Assembly: GCA_964396245.1 (NCBI GenBank)
Contig: CAYNEO010000017.1
Span: forward strand, 1,714 to 65,713
From: an uncultured Ignavibacteriales bacterium
GTDB taxonomy: Bacteria > Zixibacteria > MSB-5A5 > GN15 > FEB-12
Length of the DNA: 64,000 bases
Direction of reading: 5' to 3'
Shown: in pieces, positions 16,957 through 25,362 of the stretch
How positions within the stretch are numbered: the stretch's first letter is position 1
Layout of the letters: each line of letters starts with the position of its first letter
The notes under the pieces: generated by a model
What the model saw: only the letters and a program-made list of their open reading frames with translations
Databases searched by the model: none
Told to the model about the DNA's origin: nothing
Program-made: the position numbers and the translations under genes

Positions 16957-18375
16957 ATGGCACCCAAGAAGCTTACGTTCTTTGAAACAGTCATGTCCTT
17001 CGTGGACAAGGCGGCGAAGTTCACATCATATCCGCAGGCGTTGATCGACCAGATCAAGTATTGCAACTCCATTTATCAGTTCAAATTTCCGGTAAAGCAC
17101 CCGGATAATACGCTTGAGATAGTCCAGGCATTCCGGGTGGAACACAGCCATCACAAGATGCCGGTAAAAGGCGGTATCCGGTACAGTGAAATGGTGAGCG
17201 AGGACGAGGTGAAGGCGCTGGCAGCGCTCATGTCGTACAAATGCGCAATTGTGGATGTCCCTTTCGGCGGCGCCAAGGGTGGCGTACGGATTGAGCCTCG
17301 CAAGTACACGGTGGACCAATTGGAACGAGTCACTCGTCGCTATACGGCGGAGCTGGTCAAGAAGAACTTTATCGGGCCCGGGGTGGACGTTCCGGCGCCT
17401 GATTATGGTACCAGCGCGCGTGAAATGGCGTGGATAGCCGATACGTACAACGCCTTGAATCCGAACCAGATTGACTCTATCGCGTGTGTGACGGGCAAAC
17501 CGATCGCGCAGGGCGGCGTTCACGGCCGCACCGAGGCTACCGGACGAGGTGTCTATTTCGGAATCCATCGGGCGCTGTCATATGCTGACGACATGAAAAA
17601 GCTGAAGCTCACGCGAGGTATCGAGGGAAAGACGGTGGTTGTGCAGGGACTGGGTAATGTCGGTTATCACGCGGCCAAGTTCCTGCAGGAAGCCGGAGCG
17701 GTGATAGTCGCGCTGGCCGAATACGACGGTGCGATTTACGACCCCAGGGGTCTGGATGTGGATGCAGTGCAGGATCACCGGGTGGAAACCGGTTCGATCA
17801 AAAACTTCCCCGGTGCAAAGAACTTTGCCGGGACGACGGATGCGCTCGAATACAAGTGTGATATACTTGTCCCGGCGGCCCTCGAAGGCCAGATTACGAG
17901 CAAGAACGCGCCGAACATTAAGGCCAAGATCATCGGTGAGGCCGCAAACGGACCGATTACCGCCCCGGCGGAGGAGATTCTTCTCCAGAAGGGCGTGATG
18001 ATTATCCCCGATGCGTTTCTTAATGCTGGCGGCGTCACGGTTTCATATTTCGAGTGGCTCAAGAACCTCAGCCACGTCCGCTTTGGGCGGATGAGCAAAC
18101 GGTACGAGGAAGCCTCGCACCAGAACCTGCTGGCGGCTTTCGAGAAGGTTACGGGCAAGAAATTACCGGCGGAGATGAAAGACTCGTTGACACACGGCGC
18201 GGATGAGATAGACCTCGTCAACTCGGGGCTCGAAGAAACCATGTACAATGCATACGATGAAGTTCGCGCAATAATGAAAAGTCACAAGGGGATGCAGGAT
18301 CTGCGGACGGCGGCCTTTGTGAGTGCTATAGACAAGATAGCGGTGTCATACATGCAACTCGGCATTTTCCCGTAA
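16957..18375 (+). CDS. NAD(P)-dependent glutamate dehydrogenase, GLUD (animal-like) type
   Basis: Track ORF (from 16786) trimmed to the ATG at 16957 with RBS GAGGA. Motifs are [18 protein letters not shown] (catalytic Lys), [12 protein letters not shown], the dinucleotide fold [13 protein letters not shown], and [15 protein letters not shown]. Confidence 0.9.
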   Translation: MAPKKLTFFETVMSFVDKAAKFTSYPQALIDQIKYCNSIYQFKFPVKHPDNTLEIVQAFRVEHSHHKMPVKGGIRYSEMVSEDEVKALAALMSYKCAIVDVPFGGAKGGVRIEPRKYTVDQLERVTRRYTAELVKKNFIGPGVDVPAPDYGTSAREMAWIADTYNALNPNQIDSIACVTGKPIAQGGVHGRTEATGRGVYFGIHRALSYADDMKKLKLTRGIEGKTVVVQGLGNVGYHAAKFLQEAGAVIVALAEYDGAIYDPRGLDVDAVQDHRVETGSIKNFPGAKNFAGTTDALEYKCDILVPAALEGQITSKNAPNIKAKIIGEAANGPITAPAEEILLQKGVMIIPDAFLNAGGVTVSYFEWLKNLSHVRFGRMSKRYEEASHQNLLAAFEKVTGKKLPAEMKDSLTHGADEIDLVNSGLEETMYNAYDEVRAIMKSHKGMQDLRTAAFVSAIDKIAVSYMQLGIFP

Positions 18376-18406
18376 AGCAGTCAATGCCTGGATTGGCGGA
18401 TATACG

Positions 18407-18432
18407 AATGCCCTTCAGTGAGGGGCATTTTT
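18407..18432 (+). terminator. rho-independent terminator after gdh
   Basis: The stem aatgccc (18407-18413) / gggcatt (18423-18429) has a 9-nt loop and runs into TTTTT (18428-18432). Confidence 0.6.
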
Positions 18433-18456
18433 AATTATATGTCTGTATCGAATGGG

Positions 18457-19401
18457 CTATCTGACGAAAGGATGAGACCTGTCGTTCCGTCCGATGGGCT
18501 GTGCCTCGCGAATGTCATGCACCATTTCGATAGATGGCCTGGCTTCGGCCAGTCCGAATCCATTCCCGGCGAGTGTGCGGCGGTAGACTTCGGTATGTAA
18601 ATCAGTAAAGCCGCCGGAAAATTCCACTTCTTCGTCATTGATCGTGATTGACCGGAAAGTCGTCTGGCCCACCTGCGTGGCCTCGGGCGGGAGGTCCCGG
18701 CCGTCGATGGACAAAAACCAGCGCACGTTAGCGTTCTGGAGCTCGAGGAAACCACCGATTTTCAGGTTGGTGTTAACGTGCACCTCGCTCTTCTGAACCG
18801 GGCCGAAAAGCCAGATCAGCAAATCAAAGAAATGAATACCGATGTTGGTAGCCAGTCCCCCGGAGCGTTCGTTCTGACCTTTCCACGAGACGAGATACCA
18901 GAGACCTCTTGACGTAATATAGGTGAGAACGACATCGTGCTTGGTATTTCGCTTTTCTTTCTGGATTTTTTCCCTGAGGGCGATCAGCGAAGGGTGGACG
19001 CGCAGTTGGAGAATAGTGTTGACACGGTGCTTGCTTTCGTTCTCCAGTTCCTCGAGGGCATCGATATTCCACGGATTCAGCACGAGCGGCTTCTCGCAGA
19101 TGGCATCGGCGCCTATACGGAGGGCAAACCGTACGTGGGCGTCGTGGAGGTAATTCGGCGAGCAGATACTGACATAGTGAATCCGGTTCTCATTGCCGGC
19201 CCGGCGCAGTTTTTCGGCGTGGCGGTCAAATCGTTCGAATTCAGTGAAAAACCGTACATCCGGGAAGAACGAATCCAGAATTCCCACGGAATCATGGGGG
19301 TCGACGGCAGCAAGGAGTTTATTCCCGGTGTCTTTTATTGCCTTTAAATGACGCGGCGCTACGTATCCTGCAACGCCGGTTATCGCGAAATTCTTCGACA
19401 T
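18457..19401 (-). CDS. Gfo/Idh/MocA family NAD(P)-dependent oxidoreductase (WbpB/sugar-nucleotide dehydrogenase-like)
   Basis: Track ORF trimmed to the ATG at 19401 with RBS AGGAGA. The N-terminal Rossmann region is MSKNFAITGVAGYVAPRHLKAIKD, followed by the ...ICSPNYLHDAH...EKPL motif typical of this family. Confidence 0.8.
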   Translation of the reverse strand: MSKNFAITGVAGYVAPRHLKAIKDTGNKLLAAVDPHDSVGILDSFFPDVRFFTEFERFDRHAEKLRRAGNENRIHYVSICSPNYLHDAHVRFALRIGADAICEKPLVLNPWNIDALEELENESKHRVNTILQLRVHPSLIALREKIQKEKRNTKHDVVLTYITSRGLWYLVSWKGQNERSGGLATNIGIHFFDLLIWLFGPVQKSEVHVNTNLKIGGFLELQNANVRWFLSIDGRDLPPEATQVGQTTFRSITINDEEVEFSGGFTDLHTEVYRRTLAGNGFGLAEARPSIEMVHDIREAQPIGRNDRSHPFVR

Positions 19402-19698
19402 ATCGTCTCCTGATCGATCATTGGGAACAGCCCTAAAACCACTCCCTGCGAATCCATTATACCACATGTCGGCGCGGGTGGCCCATTTTCGAGGATTGCA
19501 CGAGCGACACTACCGGCCGAACAGGTGGCAGTATAACCAAAAAGTCCCTTATTACAAAACACTTTATCCAGATTGCTAAGGCTGAGTCATGAGAGCGACC
19601 GGGGGGATCAACCGGGAAAAACCGATTGATTTAGCTCGCCCGGATTGATATTTTGGGCACCAATTCGAAAACGCGTGACTATTCGAGACGAGGAACAT

Positions 19699-20232
19699 AT
19701 GAAAGAGACGGTTCTGAATCTGCTTCCGGAAATCAAAGAAATCAAGGATGCCAACCTGATGAACCAGGTCATCGCCTGCTGGGAAGAGGCTATCGCCTTT
19801 CGCGGCTGGACGGAGAAACTTCTGTTGAGCATACCGTTCACCTTGCTTGCCGAGGGAGTCCATATCAGCTTTATCGATCATGTCAGGGCGGTTTGCCGGA
19901 TGTGCATAGCGACAGACAAGGTGCTCGATGAAGTCCACGGCTCAAAAAAGACGCCGATCAATCGTGATTTCCTCATCGCCGGGGCGCTTCTGGCTGATGT
20001 GGGGAAATTGCTGGAATTTGAGATTGTCGACGGGGCCCCGGTGAAATCCGACTACGGGAAACATATCCGTCACCCGTTCAGCGGCGTGGGACTGGCATTC
20101 AAACACGGCTTGGCATCGGAAGTCATGCATATCATCGCCACGCACTCTAAGGAGGGAGCCGGTGAAACACGGAGTCCGGAGAGCATTATTTTCCACCACT
20201 GTGACTTCATTGACTTCGAGCTTGTAAAGTAA
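19699..20232 (+). CDS. HD-domain-like protein (non-canonical: 'AD' in place of the HD dyad)
   Basis: Track ORF trimmed to the ATG at 19699 with RBS GAGGAA. HD-superfamily layout: H in IDHVRAV, then GALLADVGK (normally LLHDxGK), then HPFSG, ATHSKEG and HHCDFID. Confidence 0.6.
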   Translation: MKETVLNLLPEIKEIKDANLMNQVIACWEEAIAFRGWTEKLLLSIPFTLLAEGVHISFIDHVRAVCRMCIATDKVLDEVHGSKKTPINRDFLIAGALLADVGKLLEFEIVDGAPVKSDYGKHIRHPFSGVGLAFKHGLASEVMHIIATHSKEGAGETRSPESIIFHHCDFIDFELVK

Positions 20233-20293
20233 CGCTTTCACTGATGTCTATAATATACTACTAGTCAGATAGTTAGAGCATTGGAGGTCATAT

Positions 20294-22270
20294 ATGTCGC
20301 AGACGCTTGTGGAGAAGATAGCCCAGCGGTTCGCGGTAGATTTGCCGTTAGGGAAGGTGGTTCGGAGCGGTGACTATCTTTCTATCAGGCCGGCATTTGT
20401 CATGACCCATGACAATACCGGGGCGGTAATTCCGAAGTTCAGGTCCACCGGTGCCAAACAGGTCGCGGACCCGCGCCAGATTGTTTTTACACTCGATCAT
20501 AACGTTCAGGATACCGGGGAGAAGAACCTCGAGAAGTACCGGAAGATCGAAACCTTTGCGAAGGAGCAGGGGATTGATTTCTACCCGGCGGGACGCGGAA
20601 TCGGACACCAGATTATGTGTGAGGAAGGGTATGCCTGGCCCGGCACGATGGTGGTTGCTTCGGATTCGCACTCCAATATGTATGGCGGGCTGGGTTGTCT
20701 GGGAACGCCGGTGGTCAGAACGGATGCCGCCGCAATCTGGGCTACGGGGCAGACCTGGTGGCAGGTACCGCCGGTGGCACGTTGCGAATTAAGGGGGCGG
20801 CTGCGTCCGGGTGTGACGGGCAAGGACGTGATTATCGCGCTCTGCGGATTCTTCAACAAGGATGAGGTCCTCAACCACGCGGTGGAGTTTACAGGTGAGG
20901 GAGTTTTCGAACTCAGCATGAATGACCGGTTGACAATCGCCAATATGACCACGGAATGGGGAGCCCTGGCGGGCGTCTTCCCGATTGATGAGGTTACGAT
21001 AGACTGGCTGACGGCCCGGGCGGATTATATCAAGAAGCGCGGGCTTGCAGGAGTGCCGTCGGATATCGATGCGGAAAACGGCGAACATCCGCGCGTGAAC
21101 GCCAGCCGGGTCAAGGAACTCGATGAAAATAAGCTAATCGCCGATCCCGATGCTTTCTACGTAAAGGAATTGATGCTGGAACTCGGCACGATTGCACCGT
21201 ATGTGTCAGGGCCGGACACGGTCAAGGTCATGACGCCGGTGACGGAGATACGGAAGAAGAAAATCAAAATCGACAAAGCGTACCTTGTCTCGTGCGTGAA
21301 CAGCCGGGTGGAGGATCTCGAAGCTGCCGCCAACGTAGTCCGGGGCAAGAAGATTTCCGATCACGTGGATTTCTATATTGCCGCAGCATCGAGTGAAGTC
21401 CAGGCCGAAAGCGAGAAACGGAAGGATTGGCAGACGCTGCTTGAGGCGGGCGCGAAAGCTTTGCCGCCGGGTTGCGGGCCGTGTATCGGTCTCGGGGCCG
21501 GGCTGCTCGAGGAGGGCGAAGTGGGGATTTCGGCAACTAATAGGAATTTCAAGGGGCGGATGGGCTCGCGCAATGCTCAGGCATATCTGGCTTCACCGGA
21601 AGTTGTGGCAGCATCGGCAGTTTCCGGTTATATCGATGTTGCCGGGTTCGACGATGTCACCGAAATCGTGGGAAAAGCGACCGCAGGGGCCAAACCGGCG
21701 CGTAAGGCGGAGAAGAACGTGGTGATCGACGGATTCCCGGAGACAATCACGGGCGAGTTGATTTTCTGTCACAAAGACAATATGAACACCGACGGGATCT
21801 ATCCGGGTAAATATACTTATATCGACGATTTCACGGCCGAGCAGCAGGCCGGAGTGGTCATGGAGAATTATGATCCGGAGTTCGGCAGGATTGTGAAGGC
21901 CGGTGATATACTGGTCGGCGGATTCAACTTCGGCACGGGGAGTTCCCGGGAACAGGCGGCAACGGCGCTGAAGTATCGCGGGATTAAGCTGGTGCTGGCC
22001 GGTTCTTTCAGCGAAACCTACAAGCGCAATGCGCTGAACAACGGTTTCCTGACAATCGAGGCGCCGGAGCTCGTGAACGATCTCAAAGCCCGATTTGGAA
22101 GCGACAAGTTGAGCGTGAAAACGGGCATGCTAGCGACTATCGATTTTGGTGAATCCGAGGTTCGGGTCGGCGACAAGAGTTACCCGATTGCGCCGGTTGG
22201 TGCGGCGGCACAGGAGCTGGTTGTTGTCGACGGTCTCGAGAACTGGATCAAGCGCAAGATCGGCGACTGA
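20294..22270 (+). CDS. aconitase-superfamily hydro-lyase, fused large+small subunit (homoaconitase / LeuCD-like)
   Basis: RBS GGAGG is 6 nt upstream. The 658-aa protein has HDN..., GIGHQ, ASDSHS and Fe-S Cys motifs (SCVNSR, PGCGPCIG) in the N-terminal ~430 aa, and a swivel/LeuD-like C-terminal domain (GGFNFGTGSSREQAA). Confidence 0.85.
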   Translation: MSQTLVEKIAQRFAVDLPLGKVVRSGDYLSIRPAFVMTHDNTGAVIPKFRSTGAKQVADPRQIVFTLDHNVQDTGEKNLEKYRKIETFAKEQGIDFYPAGRGIGHQIMCEEGYAWPGTMVVASDSHSNMYGGLGCLGTPVVRTDAAAIWATGQTWWQVPPVARCELRGRLRPGVTGKDVIIALCGFFNKDEVLNHAVEFTGEGVFELSMNDRLTIANMTTEWGALAGVFPIDEVTIDWLTARADYIKKRGLAGVPSDIDAENGEHPRVNASRVKELDENKLIADPDAFYVKELMLELGTIAPYVSGPDTVKVMTPVTEIRKKKIKIDKAYLVSCVNSRVEDLEAAANVVRGKKISDHVDFYIAAASSEVQAESEKRKDWQTLLEAGAKALPPGCGPCIGLGAGLLEEGEVGISATNRNFKGRMGSRNAQAYLASPEVVAASAVSGYIDVAGFDDVTEIVGKATAGAKPARKAEKNVVIDGFPETITGELIFCHKDNMNTDGIYPGKYTYIDDFTAEQQAGVVMENYDPEFGRIVKAGDILVGGFNFGTGSSREQAATALKYRGIKLVLAGSFSETYKRNALNNGFLTIEAPELVNDLKARFGSDKLSVKTGMLATIDFGESEVRVGDKSYPIAPVGAAAQELVVVDGLENWIKRKIGD

Positions 22271-22336
22271 GAGCTGTCATCCAGAGGCGAGTGAGAAGCA
22301 AAGCAACATTTCATACATACACAGGGTGAAAGCAGG

Positions 22337-23713
22337 ATGGACAAGAGTTATTCCAGACGAATGGCGGAGTTCGCCACGGAGTTGACGTACAACGACCTTC
22401 CGGGTGAGGTTATCGATGCGGTCAAGCGTTTCCTGTACGACTCGATAGGGTGCGCATATGGCGGCTATCGCACGAAAGACGTTGATATTCTCCACGACAT
22501 CTATTCGGGAATGGGCGGCAAGGCCGAAGCGACGCTGATCGGATTCGGTGACAGCATTCCGGCGGTAAATGCGACACTGGTCAATTCGCTGATGATCCGG
22601 GCGCTGGACTTCAATGACATCTACTGGAAAGAAGATCCGTCGCATCCGTCGGATCTTATTCCGGCTGCCCTGTCGACGGGCGAGCTGGCTGATGTGTCGA
22701 TGAAAGAGGTGATTGCGGCGATCGTGCTGGCTTACGAGTTTGAGATGCGCCTGTGCGAGTTCGCGGTGCCCGGAGTGCGAGAGCGAAAATGGCATCATGC
22801 TACGCTCACACAGTTCGTTTCACCCATCGTAGCCGGTAAACTGCTCGGGCTGACGGTCGACCAGATAGTCAATGCGATCGGAATCAACGGCTCGCACAAC
22901 CACACAATTGGATGCCCGACAGCAGGCAAGCTAACCATGATGAAGAACACGGTTGATCCCATGGCGGTGCAGTCGGGTGTTTTTGCCGCCCTGATGGCAC
23001 AGAAGGGATATAGCGGTACGGAAGCGGTGTTCGAGGGGAAAGAGGGACTGATGGATGTATTCGGTCCGGGTTGGGACGAAGAGAAACTGCTGGGCAAACT
23101 GGGGGAGAGGTTCAAGATTCTCGATTGTTCGATGAAGGCTTTTCCGACGGAGGCGCTCACCCACACGCACCTGAGCGCGACGCTGAAGGTCGTGCGTGAA
23201 AACAATATCAGCTACGACCAGATTGAGGAGGTGACGGTTACTACCATAGCCCGCGCCTGCGATATTTTGTTCGATCCGCACAAGTATCGTCCTGAGTCTC
23301 GGGAGACGGCTGATCACTCGCTGCCGTACTGTATCGCTGCGGCGTTAGTCGATCATGAGGTGACGACCAGGTCGTTCTCCGAGGAGAAGCTCAAGGATGC
23401 GCGCATCTGGGAAGTGATCGATAAGATCAAGGGGAAAGCATCCGAGGAATTCGAGCGGATGTTTCCGGCCAAGCAGCCGTCGAAGGTTGTCGTCCGCACC
23501 AGGGACGGGCAGGAATTTTCGGCGTACCTTGAGTATCCGAAAGGCGATCCTCGTGAACCGATGACGATTGAGGATATTCAGTCGAAGTTTAACGCGTTAT
23601 CCGACGGTCTCCTGAGCCCTGAGCGTCAGGAAAGCATCCGCGAGATGATTTTCGACTGCGAGAAATATGCTGCCAAGGATTTCATGAAAGCCCTTGCCGT
23701 GGACAGCAAGTAG
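22337..23713 (+). CDS. MmgE/PrpD family protein (2-methylcitrate dehydratase-like)
   Basis: The 458-aa protein starts MAEFATELTYNDLPGEVIDAVKRFLYDSIGCAYGG..., the typical PrpD N-terminal signature. Length and domain order fit the family. Confidence 0.85.
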   Translation: MDKSYSRRMAEFATELTYNDLPGEVIDAVKRFLYDSIGCAYGGYRTKDVDILHDIYSGMGGKAEATLIGFGDSIPAVNATLVNSLMIRALDFNDIYWKEDPSHPSDLIPAALSTGELADVSMKEVIAAIVLAYEFEMRLCEFAVPGVRERKWHHATLTQFVSPIVAGKLLGLTVDQIVNAIGINGSHNHTIGCPTAGKLTMMKNTVDPMAVQSGVFAALMAQKGYSGTEAVFEGKEGLMDVFGPGWDEEKLLGKLGERFKILDCSMKAFPTEALTHTHLSATLKVVRENNISYDQIEEVTVTTIARACDILFDPHKYRPESRETADHSLPYCIAAALVDHEVTTRSFSEEKLKDARIWEVIDKIKGKASEEFERMFPAKQPSKVVVRTRDGQEFSAYLEYPKGDPREPMTIEDIQSKFNALSDGLLSPERQESIREMIFDCEKYAAKDFMKALAVDSK

Positions 23714-23756
23714 TCCGGACGGACCCCGTGACCGGGGAGAGATTCGGCAGATGACA

Positions 23757-23787
23757 AAACGGCGGAAAGGGAACCTCTCCGCCGTTT
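23757..23787. terminator. bidirectional terminator between convergent genes
   Basis: A 10-bp stem, aaacggcgga (23757-23766) / tccgccgttt (23778-23787), has an 11-nt loop. The plus-strand tail is TTTCC, and the minus-strand tail is TTTTGTCAT. Confidence 0.55.
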
Positions 23788-23814
23788 CCTGTCTGGTATT
23801 TATTGCCGGTTGAT

Positions 23815-25158
23815 TCAGTTCTTCTTGATCCATCCGGCGACATAATCAACGAGGTAGCCGGCGACGTGTCCCGGCTGGTAGTATTCATCAGGCCTGGATT
23901 TGCCCTCGCCGGCGATGAAGAGGTGATTGAGGTCGGGATAGGATTCGAGGGTCACGTTCTGTTTGTCACCCAATACTTCCTCCCACTTCGCATAGTCTTT
24001 CATCGTGACCTGGAAATCTCGCTCACCCTGGAGAATAAGCATCGGCTTCTTGATAGCTTTAGCGGCCTCCGGCGGGTTGTAGTTCTTTAGGTCCAGCCAG
24101 TAGGACGGACGCAGTCCCATGGGAAGATCCCGGGGATTTGCCCCCGAGCCGGGGGTGAGCCTCTTGACGATATTAGCAGAAGCTTTGAGATCGGCCAGGG
24201 ACTGCATTTCTTCGACCGTCACGGAGTCATCGAGTGAATACATGTACTTCGTCTGGTCATAGATGAGATCTTCAACCGGACGAGTCGGACCGGCCAAAAT
24301 GATATATCCGGCCGCATCGGGTGTTTGCTCTGCAATTCGGGGAATCAGCATACCGCCGAGCCCATGTCCAAGAATGAAAACCTGACTGGAGTCGACTTTG
24401 ATGCGATCACGCAGGGTGTTGAAACCCGAAACCGCGTCGTCGATAACCTCTTCCTTGACGGTGTAATTAGGCAGCTGCCTGAATTTATCGCCATGGGTGA
24501 AGGTGCGCTTGTCATAGCGAAGGACGGCAATGCCCATAGAGGCGAGACCCTCGGCTATATCCCTAAAGGGCTTTTCTACCCCGATAGTCTCATCCCGGTC
24601 CGCCGGACCGATACCCTGAACAAGCACGACGCCGGGGAAAGGTCCATCGCCCTTCGGCACGAGCACTTCGCCTGATATCTGGAAAGCGGTGTCGCCGAAG
24701 CGGACGTCGTACACCGAGAAAGCTGTATCGTCGACGTAATCCGGCGTCTCATATGTGACGGCGACTGGAGCCGGAACGAATGACACGTCGACCACTTGAC
24801 CCTGCGGGTTGAACGCGACCTTGGCGTCGATGGCCATTTGAGTGAACTCCATGGTCACGTAGGCTACGTTGAACGTATCTATCTTGCCGGTGCGAACGGT
24901 GTCGCGGAGGCCCTTGAGTTCTCCGAATTGGCGGTAGAGCGATTGCATGGCGCCATCGAGGCGTTCCGCCGGCATCGCATTGGCCATTGTCGTATCCATA
25001 GCCGCGAGGGCCTCTTGATAATTTCCCTGGGTGAGGTTCTGCACAAAGGCCTTACCGTCTTTTTGTACCTTTTGTTCTTCGGTTTCCTTACCGGAGCACG
25101 ACATAAACAATGCCGCAGCCACGAGTAGCCCGGTAATCCACAGGCAGTTTGTCTTCAT
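23815..25158 (-). CDS. lipoprotein: DUF3887-like N-domain plus alpha/beta-hydrolase fold with Gly at the nucleophile position
   Basis: Signal and lipobox sequence is MKTNCLWITGLLVAAALFMSC. The alpha/beta-fold landmarks are FPGVVLVQG..., the nucleophile elbow VFILGHGLGG (normally GHSLGG), PMLILQGERD (acid) and DLNHLF (His). Confidence 0.8.
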   Translation of the reverse strand: MKTNCLWITGLLVAAALFMSCSGKETEEQKVQKDGKAFVQNLTQGNYQEALAAMDTTMANAMPAERLDGAMQSLYRQFGELKGLRDTVRTGKIDTFNVAYVTMEFTQMAIDAKVAFNPQGQVVDVSFVPAPVAVTYETPDYVDDTAFSVYDVRFGDTAFQISGEVLVPKGDGPFPGVVLVQGIGPADRDETIGVEKPFRDIAEGLASMGIAVLRYDKRTFTHGDKFRQLPNYTVKEEVIDDAVSGFNTLRDRIKVDSSQVFILGHGLGGMLIPRIAEQTPDAAGYIILAGPTRPVEDLIYDQTKYMYSLDDSVTVEEMQSLADLKASANIVKRLTPGSGANPRDLPMGLRPSYWLDLKNYNPPEAAKAIKKPMLILQGERDFQVTMKDYAKWEEVLGDKQNVTLESYPDLNHLFIAGEGKSRPDEYYQPGHVAGYLVDYVAGWIKKN

Positions 25159-25362
25159 TCGAGAGTCTCCATTGAGCTAACAATTCACGCTGGTGGGGCG
25201 CTATATCCCCGATAGTACGCTTTTCACGATTTGCGCACGGGCGGTAAGATACAACAGAATACGGTTCTTGGCAACGCCCGATAGGTTCGCTCGATGGGGT
25301 CACAAAAAACTTTCTTTCTGAGAAAAATCTGATAGATTAGTGCCTTTAACGGACCGACAGAC

